DNA from: Lytechinus pictus
Taxonomy: Eukaryota
NCBI RefSeq assembly: GCF_037042905.1
Contig: NC_087249.1
Span: forward strand, 6,388,001-6,452,000
Direction of reading: 5' to 3'
Length of the DNA stretch: 64,000 nucleotides
Shown: in pieces, positions 1 to 13,976 of the stretch
Layout: each line of letters starts with the position of its first letter
Numbering within the stretch: the stretch's first letter is position 1
Translations under genes and position numbers: made by a program
Notes under the pieces: model-generated
Told to the model about the DNA's origin: nothing
The model's database searches: none
Seen by the model: only the letters and a program-made list of their open reading frames with translations

Positions 1-2215
1 AATAAACAAATTTATAAATATTTCTGTGCAGGTTTCACATTTAAGTTATAAATTCCAATGCAAGTGTAATTCATTGCGTGTAATCAGCCTCTAGAGGGCG
101 GTATACATTATAAGATAATTCTTAACTGAAGTGTTCATTCCTGTTTTGGTCGAGCGTTTTAATATTGAAATAGAGAGACGTACCACTGAAGCAAAACAGA
201 CCGAAACAGATGTTTGAACCCAGGTCGCGTCTTTCGGATGGTGACGTTAAAATGTCAAGCCCGAACGTAAATAATTATATCTAACTGATACATTTTCTCT
301 AAAAAGTTAAAAGCACACACACACACACACCCACCCTGGCATTGTTCTATTAAACTTCATGTCGGCCTTTACAACATGTAGGCCTAATAGTACTGTAGTA
401 GGTTCGTGGTAAGAAAAAAACCCAACTATCTCCCCCCAAAGAGGGTTATTGCACTATCAGACTATAAAACAGCATCGGTTTGATTCCAAACTGGTGTTAT
501 TTCAATACTTCTCCGGTGTGGACATAATAGATTCCGGTATGGCATTAAATCGACACCGAAGTTTTTGCAGTGTACAGCTACTGAAATAATTCGATTTGAT
601 TGCCAATAATAAACTTGTTATAAATATTGTCCAATTGTTATGATAACAAGTCTTTATGAATCGGGACCCAGATCCTAATCGAGAGGCGAGAAGTAGGATC
701 ATTTTTCGAGACACATGACTGTGTTCGTATAGTCGGGGATGGTGGATCCATAAGATGATTATTTGCTTTATATTTCGCATTAGAGACGGTCTAACCATGA
801 AAAGAAAGGGAGCATTATTCCTTGGAAATTTCACCTAAAACAATATCATATAAAAGCTTGGTCTATATTAACTGTATTTTCTTTTATCTATAAAGATCAG
901 CGAAAAGCAGATCAGACACCATTTTTATTCAGGATTTTCTGCATTTATAGGAATAATATACAAAACAAATTTATAATGCGTGAGACATAATCATGTGTCA
1001 TACAACCAAGTGACAATCTTATAGTGACAGGAGAGAAGCCATAAATACAATTTAGAAAAAAAAAATTAATGGGAAAAATGAAGAGGCAAACTATAGGCCT
1101 ATAAGCAAAAATATGCTTGAAACATAGCAGCCAAACTAGGGAAGGGTTACATGGATACCTATAAAGTTAAGTGTGTCTGTAAGAAAATATTTAATGTCAC
1201 GAATCATTAACCATTTTGTATTTGATAAGCAGATCTACAATTCATCACGTGACTTTCTTTCCACCTATCGGACAGGAGCATTCAGGAGCATTCATTTGCA
1301 AAATGCAACAACAAGATTGTTTACAAATGACCATGTGTATAAATAATATACTGGCATTTTGGATTATGAATTAACATGATGACAGTTTTCGACCTTGCTG
1401 GACTCGTGTAAATACAAACTTTGTGTCCGATTTCCAGTGGGACTAATGAATCATTAACGAGTAATTTATATTCCTATTGTGGGCCTATATACACTGACGT
1501 ATGCGGCACTTATACTTTGTACAAGGGTAAGGTATAACCTCGTCCTCGGTTCGTAACCCCTTTTCGCTGAAATAAGAATGGCAATGTTTGGAGGGAAATG
1601 TTTAATGTATCGTGATCTAGTGGATAAATCCTCTTTATTGCATTGCCATTTTTTACTACAGATATTCCTCAAATATCGTGATATGCCTTGGCCCCAAAAT
1701 AAATTGATTTTTAAAGAAAAGAAAGAAAAATCGAACAAAAATTGTTGCCTGTAATTTTTTTAACTTTCCATACACCACTAGAGGACATCCCAAGAATTGG
1801 CTGAAAGTCACAGTTTTTCAGCGATATTGTGAAACAAAGAAATAACCGAGAATATAATGAAAGAAATATTATACATGAATGTAATTTTATATTTTAACAA
1901 GAATGTGTTGTATGTTGCATAGACTCAATATTGGAGGTTTTATGCCACAGTAATTTAATCAACCTTTTCTGTCCCTGGCGTGATTGTTGATATTTCTTAT
2001 CTTGTATTGTGTATTCTGAGATGCATTGTTCTTTGTAATTTTCTTTGCCGAATAGATAATAATAATAGTAATAATAATAATGAAAATAATAATAATAACA
2101 CAGACAAGGTTCTTGCACATAGCTATTGATATACGGATGGGGACTGCTTCATCCCAAAAATGTCAAAAAGTGTGGTATTTTTAAGATTAAATCACCGTAA
2201 CGTACTTTTAAATAT

Positions 2216-3110
2216 CAATTCAATTTCAATTGAATTCAATTCATTTATTTGACATCCTTAAAAATATACAAACACATGTACAAGTATAATATGATACAAC
2301 AACAAAAAAGTAAAAGGATCTAAATCACAATTTAAGCATTAAAAAATTATAGGCCTAATATATAGTAGAAGTGTAAAAGAAATGAAAAGAAAATGTAGGT
2401 CATTGACCTGTCAAAGCCGAGTCCCTTGATTACTACATTATCGTAAGCGCCAAAAAATAATAACCGACACGAACATCACCCCCTCCCTTGTTGGCAGGTT
2501 GGAATTTTAAGTATAAGTAGATAGTTGGTTTTGTTTCAATCTACGTTTTAATGATGAGAATGTAACATACGATTTTAACCTATCAGGTAACTTATTCTAC
2601 ATGTTTGGCCCTTTATAACGATTTGTAGATTTAGAAAATGTAAAGCGAAAAAATGGAACATATAATTTGTTTGAATTTCTCTTTACGTAAAATATCTATA
2701 TTTGTATTAAAACAAGATGGAAGAGTAACATTTAGATTGAAATATTTGTACATGGATAAAATGATTTGCGTTTCATAAAGTTCATCTAGTTTTAAAATTT
2801 TGAGCTTGAAAAATAAAATCCTGGTATGAACTCTAAAAAGGAAATTTGTTATTACCCTTATTACACGTTTTTTAATCATCTTTATCCTCTGGAATAAGTA
2901 TGATGCACAGCCACCCCAGATGGTTTAAATATGGCAAGACCAAGGTATTATATAAATTTACAAGGATGTTAAATAGTAAATTTTTCTTGACTCTGTTCAA
3001 TGCTCCAATTACTCTAGAAATCTTTTTACAAATGTAGTCTATGTGATATTTCCATGTCATATTTTCATCAAGAATTACTCCGAAGAATTTTACTTTATTA
3101 ACTTACTTGA
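2216..3110 (-). mobile_element. Degenerate 5'-truncated LINE (RT C-terminal region and 3' tail)
   Basis: Minus frames TWKYHIDYICKKISRVIGAL...LYNTLVLPYLN and KRVIRVIT...FFKLKILKLDELY match the C-terminal part of the intact ORF2. Frameshifted. AATAAA-(TGAAT)n tail at about 2216-2250. Confidence 0.85.
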
Positions 3111-5414
3111 TTAACTTGCTTTATTACTTTATTGGCAATTAATATTCGTATTGCACTATTATCAATATGCTGTATGAGTGTGATATAGTATAAAGTAATA
3201 TAGTATATAGTATGTGATATAATATATAGTATAAAATAAAAATAAATATATTAATACAAATAGATCAAAGTCAAAATATTGTACTCTCATTTATAACATA
3301 GTGTTGAAAAAAATGGGACAGACATTCGTTTTGTTTACGGTCGTACGAGGTTGCATCCTCGAGCTTGTTTGATCTGTTGTTTACGATATACTTACTCTGT
3401 TATCTCTATTTCAATTAACGTTGCCCTTTAATGTTCATGGATATAGCAGGAGCAAAGTTCATATAGCTCCCTGAGTAGTTCTCTCTGTTTTGATTCATTA
3501 CTTGAAAATCAAATCAAATTCATAACTGACATCTTGACTCCTTCGACGTTGGACACCTGTTGCTTTACATCATCAAATCTATCGCTTCATCTATATGAGT
3601 ATAGTTCTTTTATACTGAAATGAGAACGGACTATACTACCTATTCGAATCCAGTCCTCATCAGAAGCAGAATCAGTCATTACATTGGTACCGATTTCCTC
3701 AATACGGTAAGTTGTTACTAACTAAATCATTGCCTTTACTTTATGTAAATTAAATAGATTATCCTATTCTCGATGACTATGTGTGTTCATTTTGTAGAAT
3801 GGCTTAGCTTAGATGAAAAAGAAAAACAGTGTCGTCCGTTTGTGGAAGTGTATTTTTTTATTATTCAATCCTTTAAAGTTAACCTCCTTTTTACACTTGT
3901 GTAAATCATTAACAGTTTATCAAAACATACATCTCATTTGAAATGTAACGGAAAAGGAAAAGGAAAACAAAACCACGTTAAACAGATTTTGCCCTCGTAC
4001 TCCAGAGGGGAAAATAATGGAAATAAAAGTGTTCAAATTCATTGTTTGCTGAACTTATACTATGTTCGAACGGGCATTGTCTGGATTAGAAGGTAAAGTA
4101 AAAAAACTGAACTTTTAAAGCAATATTTCATGAATTTCTTGGAAGTAATGTCAGACATTTCCAGCGCAATTACTTTTTGATAAATGTTTATAATAAAGTG
4201 GTACTAAAAGGTTTGTGAACCTGTTCAAAAGTGTTCAAATTCTGCCATCTGTTTTGTTTAATTGTGAAGTCAGGTGATAGAATAGTATATTCAGCATTGT
4301 ACATTGGACACTCAACATAAAGAAGTGCGTTTTCTGGTGGGGTTCACCAACTTTTTAGCACCACTGTATATAGTTCAGAAGACCTAGGGCAAATGGTGTT
4401 TTTATTATTCATTGTACTGACATCATATACTGATAAATGCGATTGAAATACGAAATTATACCCCGCGCACATTTTTACCTGCTGTAAACAAGCATTAAGA
4501 ATTATTCCTATACTTAAGTTAAAAACACGTATTCTGGTCGAATATGATCCCGCTGTTCAGTTAGTCATAAGTATTGGTTCGTTTCACTCCATCACGTATA
4601 GTCTAGATGATCGGTGCAAAAAATAGCAAGAATTGTTCAGATTATGGTACAAGCGTGGAATTTAGCTGACAGGTAGAGTAAATGGTGCTGAACATTTTAT
4701 TAGCTGGGGGTGCCAACCTGATCTCTCCTCGTATAGCAAAAGTTGCTAGGTAACTTATTTACCTTAGCAACCACCAATTTTTGGGGTGTTATCTCAATTT
4801 TAAAATTATGTTTTGACTTCTAAGCGCCAATTTCACAATCACATATCAAGCAACATTCCAACCATGTATAGCAACAGTTGCTAAGCAACATATTTTCCAT
4901 ATAAACTATAGATAATATTCCTGAATACAACATCTGGACATAATATGTTAATGAGAATATGGTTAGAACATTTGTCAAAGTATGAAACTTGGAATCTAAA
5001 AAATATCATATAATTATATAAAAGAGTTCAGATGCAGTCCAAAAAATTATCTGCATAATAATTGTTTATAGGTAACAAACCTAATTTCGGTGTACATTAT
5101 TTCATTATTTTTCTTCAAACTTTTTTTACTCATACATGACACAGCTAACACACCGAAAAAAAAATCATTACTGGGTCATTAAATGAGCTTACTATTAAAC
5201 AATTATATAGGATGTCTCCTGTTATGAAATTGACACAGGGTATTGTAGTGGATGTGACACGAGACACTGGGAAAGACACTGAACTTTGAGGGGCAAAGGG
5301 AAGCTGAAATTTGATTGATATGAATCGCTCCTAAATGACAAAGCGTCATTGGGATGTAATGTCGAGTAATGCCCACACACTTGTCAGTAAGGCTTTGATA
5401 TTACTGACTGACTT

Positions 5415-5600
5415 GAATAGCATGTACCGTAGACCTGGAACAGCCTAAAGCATCATCGACTGTATGTGCACTGTATAGCATGTACAGTAGACCTGAAACA
5501 GCCTCAAGCATCATTGACTGTATGTTCCCTGTATAGCATTGAAGCATGGACAGCAGACCTGAAACAGCCTCAAGTATCGTTGACTGTACATGCACTACTT
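5415..5600. repeat. Imperfect tandem repeat, about 60 bp unit, 3 copies
   Basis: Recurring AGACCTGAAACAGCCTCAAGCATCATTGACTGTA. Confidence 0.8.
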
Positions 5601-6239
5601 GTGAATATGTAACAAAGCAGTACATTTGGTGATTGTCAACAAAATCTTTTGAGAGAAATGAAGATCGCTGTAGGCCTTATTAACACTTATTACTAACGCC
5701 GCATGCTACAAATCATGAATATGAAGCAGTAGACTGCAATATATTATATGTTGTACCAGGTCATCAAAAAGTATGATTGGAAAATAGAAAGCAATGTTAA
5801 GGTGTTGGTTTAGCTTCAAACCTGCTTGAGATTACTTCTTTCATTGCCCATTATATTTCAGTATCTAGTTTACTTAATATTTAAAGGCAATTGCCACTGT
5901 ATGTATTTTTTTTTCATAATGCTGGGCAGTAGAGGCATTTGCATAATTTACCGATATTATACAGTAATTTCTAGATGATGAAGATAAATAATGTACAACT
6001 GTACATTTTCCAATAGCTTGGGACTTCGAGTACGATTGTAGCGAATTAATCGAATGTACATTTAAATGTGTCGCACATGCCTTCTAAACTTTGGGCATAT
6101 ATTTTTTCAAAAAAATAAGTTTAAGACTTTCTTGGTTAATCATAAGTAGAGGAAAGCAAAGCCACTGCGAAGCATGCGTTATGCTCGACAAAGAATATTA
6201 GAGGCAACAGAGGAATTCATCAAGTCAGGTGCGCATAGT

Positions 6240-6700
6240 CCTGCAGGATCTTTTAAGTCATGATAGATCTTGAAGCTGAAGGAGCCCAGTCAAAACACCT
6301 GCAATCGGAATTGACAGGTCAAAATCAACTTCTGCAAGAGCTTTCAAGTCATGATTGATCACGGAGCTGCAGGATCCAGGCCAACACGCCTGAAACAGAA
6401 CTGACCGGTCAAAATCAACTCTTGCGAGATATTTGACGTGATGATAAATACTGGAGCTGCAGGACTGATCCAGGTCAAAACACCTGAAAACAGACCAGAC
6501 ATGTCCAAATCAACTTCTGCAGGATCGAGTCGAGATAGATCAATATAGCTGCAGGATCCAGGCCAACATGCCTCGAAATGGAACTGACCGGTCCTAATCA
6601 ACTCTGACAGATCTTTCACTTCATGATAGATCCCGGAGCTGCGCAAGATTGATCCAAGTCAAACACCTGGAGACTGAACTGACAAGTCAAAATCAACTCC
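6240..6700. repeat. Imperfect tandem repeat, about 90 bp unit, about 5 copies
   Basis: Recurring GGAGCTGCAGGA...CCAGG...CCTG...GTCAAAATCAACT. Confidence 0.8.
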
Positions 6701-8094
6701 TACATGCCCTGCACGTAGGATTAAATTCGGGAACAGCATGGAGAACTAATATCTCCATTGCAGGCTACGGAAGGGAGGGGGTAAAACCAAGGCCTTTCAA
6801 GCGACCGACTACTGTCAGCAAGGGATAAAACGGTATCCATGCAAGCACTCATTTGAAAATTACATTCTGGCAAGATTTTGGTGTTTGAAATTATGTTAAT
6901 CTTAGTTGACTGAATCAATTCTTGGCAGTCATTCTTTCACTTCTCCAAGATCAGAGATGTTTAGGTTGTAAGAACCCATGACCTCCTGGTGAGTTCTTGT
7001 AACCGTTCTTCTACAAGAGTGACTCTCGTTAAATGTTTATTTTGTGGAATTCTTTCCAAGGGCATGTGTAGGTATACAGGGCTCCCTTGGAAAATGGATA
7101 GCCACAAATTTACTGAATGTCAACGGTTTGTAGACTTTTGATTCTCGATGAATGTCTCTTTATTGTCAATCGCTCAGATAAGAAATCGTGAGGTCTATAA
7201 TCATTCATTGATTAGTATGTAACTATATAGTAATAACAAACATTAACAAATAACCCTTTACTATATATCATGACTATGAAAGACACCAAATAATTCAATC
7301 AATTATTGATCTTTTACATAATTGTGTTTAGATTAATCCCTAATAATTATGGTTTCCAAATGGAGAAGATTGATTTTAAGGTGGGTTTTCTAACATACAA
7401 CAAGTATTATTATGTCAATGATGTGGAACCATAAACATCGTTTTCGGAAATATTAACCATATCATGAGGTAGTTTAATTTTTGCAAGGTTTTACGTTTTA
7501 AGCATCTACTACTATTAGTACCTCTTAAACGCATTAATAATCTTACCATACGGCCTTTAACAATCGGTTGCAGAAAACACGTTACTTATCAACTGGTATG
7601 GGTAAACATGATATACATGTTCCTGGGTTGTTGTGATTAATGTCTTAATGCTTAAATAGAAAAAATGTGGTGGCTCATAGAAATTATAAGCATAAAAACA
7701 CCCTATAGGTATTGGTTATTGAGGAAAACTGTTACCTAGCAACCGTTGATTTGGCGCTCATTGGGTCTACCTATGGAAACATTCATCACATAAGAAATCT
7801 ATGGGCCAAAATTAATTTCTGAGCTCTTCTGAGTAAATTATAATGATTTGAACTATGATAAACGATTGTTGCTATCGAAAAGATCCATTTGCAACCGCTA
7901 CTATGAATAAATGGATCAAAACTGTCGTGATACAAAGAATTGAGCTTAAGATTAAAATGTATGTAACATATTGCTTGTGAAACTGTTCCTCAAGCCCAAT
8001 AAAGCTCAGTTACTGAGGTAAATATGTAACCTAGTAATCGTTGCAATATTTGGGAAACTCAAGTTGGCATCCCCTGCTAAAAATGTTTAGGATA

Positions 8095-8371
8095 CACTGT
8101 TAAAAAAATTATCCTTAAAATAAAAAAGTTCCTGCAGCAGAGTCTCGAAAACACCTGTAATTTTACCAGATTGCGTAATCTTACAAGAAATTGGTAGTTG
8201 GTGTATGGAACCTTACAAATTTCCTTTAATGAAACACCCTTTCCCCTTTTTAAACAGACCTGTTCTGTTAAATTGCAGAAAAATTCCTGTTTATGAATTT
8301 ACAGAATGATTTTGTTATTGCTTTCTGCAAAATCTTTTTTCCCTGTAAAATCAGGGTTTATTTTAACAATG
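8095..8371. mobile_element. MITE with CACTG termini, TA-flanked, inserted in the right TIR of the 4599-8447 element
   Basis: TA|CACTGTTAAAA...TTTTAACAATG|TA. A second copy lies at 31236-31622. Confidence 0.85.
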
Positions 8372-8804
8372 TAACTTACTCTACCTTTGTGCCAATTTCC
8401 ATGCTTGTACCATTTTCTGAACATTTTTTCACCAATCACCTAGACTATAAATTTATTTCTTGTAATAGCTGCCATTTCAAGTTATAGAATGAGGTCAGTA
8501 GAATTAAGGGCAGGATTTTTAAATAATCTACGCTTTATTTATGAAAATTTGCAAGCGAGAGAAGTGAGTATAAGCAACACAATAGGCATTATAATCATTG
8601 GCATACAAAACGGGGCTGATTATACTCTTTGAACCAGTATATTAGCGATAGGGATGGACTTTCAGTAAGTAGTATTATTCATTTCATTATTTAATGATTT
8701 CCTTCAAAATTGTACGATCTTTTCTGAAATTTCAGCGTTTTCATACAATGCAAACTTTTTTTAAATGCCACATCGCTTCATCATTTCAGACAGATGGTGC
8801 TTGT

Positions 8805-9000
8805 ATTCAATTCAATTCAATTCATTTATTTTCTCTTTCAATCTTTTTACATTTACAATGATAGCTCAATATACATATTTACAAAATATAACATTCAAAT
8901 CATTTTTTATAATACAATAATACCATGAAATCGAAAGGGAAGGAGACCAACTAAAAAGCAGAGCTTGTAGGGTGAAGGCCCCCTTTTATAAGGAAATTTT
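8805..9000 (-). mobile_element. LINE 3' UTR remnant
   Basis: The reverse complement contains GGGGCC...ACAAGCTCTGCTT, as in the 3' UTR of the intact LINE, and ends in AATAAA-(TGAAT)n. Confidence 0.65.
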
Positions 9001-9032
9001 ATGAATAAAAAATAAGATAAAATAAAGAAATA

Positions 9033-9067
<35 letters not shown>

Positions 9068-9723
9068 GAATAGAAAAAATAAACAAATAAAAATAAATAA
9101 ATAATAATAATAATAAATGATTCAGTATACACTGTATACAGAAATCATAAAACGATTAAACATATATACAAAGATAAATTAATAAACACATTTACATTTT
9201 AGAAAACTATACATTGTTTAAAAAGGGATATCAGGTGAGTATGCCTCTTTCTGGTTTAAGTTTATGCTACAAAAATATGTGCTTACGAAACAAGAAAGAA
9301 GGAAAAGCACGTTTGTAAGAGTGTCATATTGCAGTTTCGAGTTAACACGCTTCCCTTTCATTTGTTCTGGTTATACATGATATAATTATAGAAGTAAACT
9401 CGAAAAGCTAACATGACGGAAATGAAAGTGATAAGAAATAAATTGGAGAAAGGAAAGAGACTTATGGTACGTCAGGAGGCAAATGATGGAGCTGATACAC
9501 ATTCACTACTTCGTATTTTAATCATCTTTTTTTATTTGAGGAATTAGTAGGCTACTGATGATTTTTACATTGTAAAAAAGAAATCACTTTCTGTATTATT
9601 GGGAAAAGTGAGACGAATAAAACGAAATATTCCTCTGTAATTACAATACATACAAATATTTATTTTTATTTTGAACGTTATACAGATCATTTTAATTATA
9701 GTTAAATTTTCAAAGTTAAGTTT

Positions 9724-9760
9724 TAGTAGCAGTAGTATTATAGTAGTGGAAACAAGAAAC

Positions 9761-9792
<32 letters not shown>

Positions 9793-9819
9793 AAGTAGTA
9801 GTAGAAGTAGTAGTAGTAT

Positions 9820-9852
<33 letters not shown>

Positions 9853-9898
9853 AAGTAGTAGTATAGTAGTAGTATAGTAGTAGTAGTAGTAGTAGTAA

Positions 9899-9955
<57 letters not shown>

Positions 9956-9987
9956 AAGTAGTAGACGTAGTATTAGTAGAAGTAGTA
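9724..9987. repeat. (AGT)n microsatellite
   Basis: Long imperfect AGT run. It explains the poly-S/L/T ORFs here. Confidence 0.97.
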
Positions 9988-10114
9988 TCTTTTTTTTGAA
10001 AAGGTTAAATAGTTTGCCTGCTCGCTTGCAAGTTTTAAGATTTTTTGCCAGATATGCCATACTCTGCATCCCTCAAAATGTCTGGCTCATTATGTAATTG
10101 CACAAACCTACATG

Positions 10115-10712
10115 TATGTGTAAAAAAATATTGACACTTCACACATCCCCAATTTAAGGAAAAATAGGTTGTTAGCACATAATTGTTATATATGAGTATG
10201 TTCTCCCAAATAATCAAATACCATATTTGTGTGGATGACCAGGAGTTATTCTCTGCAGTCATGGCAGTGATGTAAATTTTGATATGCGCCAAATTGTCAA
10301 TGATGTCATAATCCTACAAGGGTTACATTAAAATCCATTTCAAAACTCCTTTACAATAATTAACATTATAATTGTTTAATTAACACGTTTGAGTATCCAT
10401 TCTCAAGTCAATTTCGTTGGAAAGGGATTAATGAATATGTTTACTAACTCATGCAGGATTATGACGTCATTGGCATCTGGATTCATTCAATGCAGTCGTG
10501 CCTTTTATACTTTGGCGCTTCTAACAATTTACAACACTGCAAAGAATACCTACTGACTATCCAAGCTTGAAGACATACAACATAAATATGGTATCAAATT
10601 ATTTTATTTGGGAGAAGATACTCTGTCCAGCCATATATAATAATTATGTGTTCGTGCCTTTTTCCCCTTAAATTGGGGATTTGTGAGATGTCAATTTTTT
10701 GTTCACACGGTA
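10115..10712. mobile_element. Fold-back MITE with long degenerate inverted arms
   Basis: 10118-10197 is inverted relative to 10632-10708, and 10300-10326 is inverted relative to 10445-10472. Confidence 0.6.
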
Positions 10713-12592
10713 TAAATATTCATTTTATCTAAAACTACATACCCACACATGCATATAAAGTAGTTGGCTGATATAGGTAAGAGGACTTGTCTTTCGCACT
10801 GATTCTATCCCAAAGTGAATGGATAGTTGATGGATCATATTGATTCCATATCAATTACATAATTCTTCCACCTGAGTCTCACTGAATACACAAGGATTGG
10901 AGTTGAGATTTAATTTGTATGTAAAGTTCAATTTTCAATTTTTTTTTTACTCCGATTTTGATGAAATTTTCAGTGTTTTGCTTGTTGGATTTTTCTCTTT
11001 TTATTCAATTCAACTTTTGTCGTGGTGGACTTGTCATTTAAATTGAAACAAGAAGTGTTACTCATGCACCAACGAAATCAATACTGCATGTCAACATGGT
11101 CAAGATACACACTTTGTTTGGCTTTGGTATTCAGACTGCATACCGCCCACTTACGATGGGGGTGACGCTGGCTCAAGCAATCGTGCTATCCACATTACAG
11201 AGGCGGATCTACGGATTGGGGTTGGGGAAGGGGGTTAGGGGGTTTAACCCCCCCCCCCCTTTGGGCTGCCAAGTAAAAAAAAGTACTGACCTGCATTTTT
11301 CATTCAACCATAAATTGCCTTCGTTTTATAGTGAATAAAAAAAATTGTTGTGCGTTAAGAAAATGCGAGTGTAATGATAACATATAGGTAGTATTGGTAT
11401 ATCATGGATATAAGATGTTAAAAAACAAGGACCTAATATCAAACAGACGAGTGTGGAACTCCGGATATTGATCAGGTATTGTTTCATTTTTTTTAATCAT
11501 TATTAAACAGCAATGATTATTGCTAGAAATAGACGATTATTCGTTTCAATTTTCTTTTTAAAAAGAGAATAATATAAAGTCCCTTTAGCTTCAATGAACA
11601 ATCGAAAATTCTTTCTAGTAAACAAGGTTGTATAACAAATTCTGAACTCGGTTTTGATAAAAACTAAAGTTGTTTAACCAATTATGGCACGTATCTCTAG
11701 AAGATCAATCGACTCATTTGACACTCGAATCATCCATTACATTCTAGGAATGTTTCCAAATGTCTCCGATGGAAAAATCTGCATGTTCAGCTAAAATAAA
11801 ATGTAACTTCCGAAATTTATTAAACCCTAATCATCATCTTTACATCATTCTGAACCGAAAACTTATTAAAACCCTTACTCTAACCCTATCCCCTCTGAGA
11901 CATAAAGACCACAGCAAATGTCGCAGGAGCAAACGTCGTGTCACCCGAGGGGTAAGCCACTGATAAGTTATCATGTTTACAACAGCTGACGATTTACTCG
12001 TGTATGTGCAGTACGTTTGAATCTGTTTAATCAATATCAAAGACCACACAAGCCAACAGTATATTCATATAATTACCATACCAATCCACACCCACACCAT
12101 CACACAGATCCGATATAGACATGTCACACTATGAAAATTCCTCCGGTCCAATAATCGATGCCACATAGTATTCACATAAACCTTCCTCCACACACTGAGA
12201 CATACACACGTCCCACACAAGATAAAACCACACACAGTATCCACACAATGGCAAGCCTCACATAATAGCATCTCACACAAATCCACACTATGGAAATGCG
12301 CATGTCCCACACAACGTTATCCACACAGTGGCACCGCTTTCCACACCATTCTACCCACAGACACATTGGAAAACATCGGGATTTACGGGAAATGTATAAT
12401 CACCATGGCGTTTCACATAGGAATACATTCTCGATTTAAGGACAGCCATTTAATACTAAAACTAAGTGGACACTGCATGACTCAAGTGCAAATCAGAAAC
12501 TTAAGGAATCAATGGACTATATTATCTGTGATAGTTTCATTTTCATTTATCCGTACACGCATAGCTCTTTTGTCTAAGCACCTGGAATCAAA

Positions 12593-12778
12593 ATGGAGTT
12601 GGAGACGGAGACGTTCACTGTCATGGTAACAACGATGATGGATGTGGCGGGAAACGAGACTGCACCAAGCAACATCGAAACTATAAAGATGGTCACAAAG
12701 GTGATCAACATCTTTATCCTCGCATTCCTGATGATCTCCATGGGGTGTACAATTGACCTCAAAGACTTCAAAGACACG
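12593..12778 (+). CDS. SLC10A2-like: SLC10 family Na+/bile-acid cotransporter, copy 1, coding exon 1
   Basis: ATG at 12593. Translation MELETE...GNET...IFILAFLMISMGCTIDLKDFKDT contains the SLC10 M-x-S-M-G-C motif. Donor gtaagt at 12779. 186 nt, phase 0. Confidence 0.93.
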
Positions 12779-13368
12779 GTAAGTAAAAAAGAAAAGAAAA
12801 AAAAAATATGTTGTTTTTGGTTCATTTTTAGTGAAATGGGGGCAGGGCATATCCAAAAAGGCAGTGCAGGGGGCGGCTATCGCTTTGATTTTACAAGTAG
12901 TGATAAGACGAAAAAAGGGTATGGGAAAAAGAAAGAAAGGAGAAAGAACATAATACAAGTGAAAGGTCTTGATCGTGTACCTCTATAATTCCCCTATAAT
13001 TCAACTGAGAAAGTGATGTCACATAATAATCATCCCCCACATCAAAAAATCATGACTGCGCCCCGGATATTTTTGCTTGTTTGGCATTCCTTTCATTAAA
13101 GTATTTTCAAAGTTGTATATTATCGATCGAATAGATTTCGTCTTGCTTCACTATAAAAATGTAAGGTTGAATTCTTCTGATATGGAGATTAAACATAAAT
13201 GACAAAACCAATGAAAGATTTTGTTTTTCCAATTCTGATAGATTTACTCGAACGATTGTAACTATGATGCGATGCCGCGCAACGCTCATGCGCACAAATT
13301 AAAATAGAAATGCACATTGAAATTCAAAATAGCTTATATTATGCTAAATACAAACAGGTAAACATTAA

Positions 13369-13976
13369 AGGGATGGTCCGGGCTGAAAATATTTATATCT
13401 TAATACATAGAGTAGAATTCACTGAGCAAAATGTCAAAACTTTCATCAAAATCTGATAACAAATAATAAAGTTATTGAAGTTTAAAGTTTAGCAATATTT
13501 TGTGAAAACAGTCGTCATGAATATTCATTAGGTGGGCTGATGATGTCACATCCCCACTTTCCGTTTTCTTATGTTATTACATAAAATCATTTTTTTTTGA
13601 TTATTTTTTTAATGAACCTATTTAGTATTATTTCATATTTGTGTGAATAATATGTCTCCCTTATAATGAAATAAGTTGCAGCAAAAGATACCTAATGCAC
13701 TAAATCAGTAGTCAATCCAATTTTCTAGTTCTTGGAGGAAAACATTTGAATAAACCTAATTTCATATAATAAAATACAAAAGAACAAGTGGAGATGCGAC
13801 ATCATCAGCCCACCTAATGAATATTCATGACGACTGTTTTCACAAAATATTGCTAAACTTTAAAATTCAATAACTTTGTTATTTGTTATCCGATTTTGAT
13901 AAATCTTTCGGCAATTTGTTCAGTGAATTATACACTATTTATTAAGCTATACATACTTTCAGCCCGGACCATCTCT
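13369..13976. mobile_element. TTAA-target MITE with long TIRs (Kolobok-like AG.. termini)
   Basis: TTAA|AGGGATGGTCCGGGCTGAAA...TTTCAGCCCGGACCATCTCT|TTAA. The arms stay inverted for more than 150 bp. Confidence 0.88.

Larger units (their letters stand above)
4599..8447. mobile_element. About 3.85 kb non-autonomous DNA transposon with long imperfect TIRs (TAGTCTAG...CTAGACTA); superfamily uncertain, termini Academ-like
   Basis: 4599-4721 is the reverse complement of 8058-8094 joined to 8372-8447. TA lies on both flanks. Subterminal GTTGCTAGGTAAC-like motifs and internal tandem repeats are present. No transposase ORF was recognised. Confidence 0.75.

Noticed and set aside
502..834. 110-aa minus-strand ORF / possible exon
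   Set aside because: It has no ATG start and no recognisable motif, and the other frames contain stops. UTR sequence of a neighbouring gene cannot be excluded.
3628..3664. Hammerhead-like CUGAUGA on the minus strand
   Set aside because: The candidate stems are followed by GAAU or GUUC rather than GAAA, so the core is incomplete.
6359..6646. 95-aa ORF inside the long-TIR element as a transposase
   Set aside because: It lies entirely within the 90-bp tandem repeat and shows no transposase motifs.
9671..10069. Poly-Ser/Leu/Thr ORFs
   Set aside because: These are translations of the (AGT)n microsatellite.
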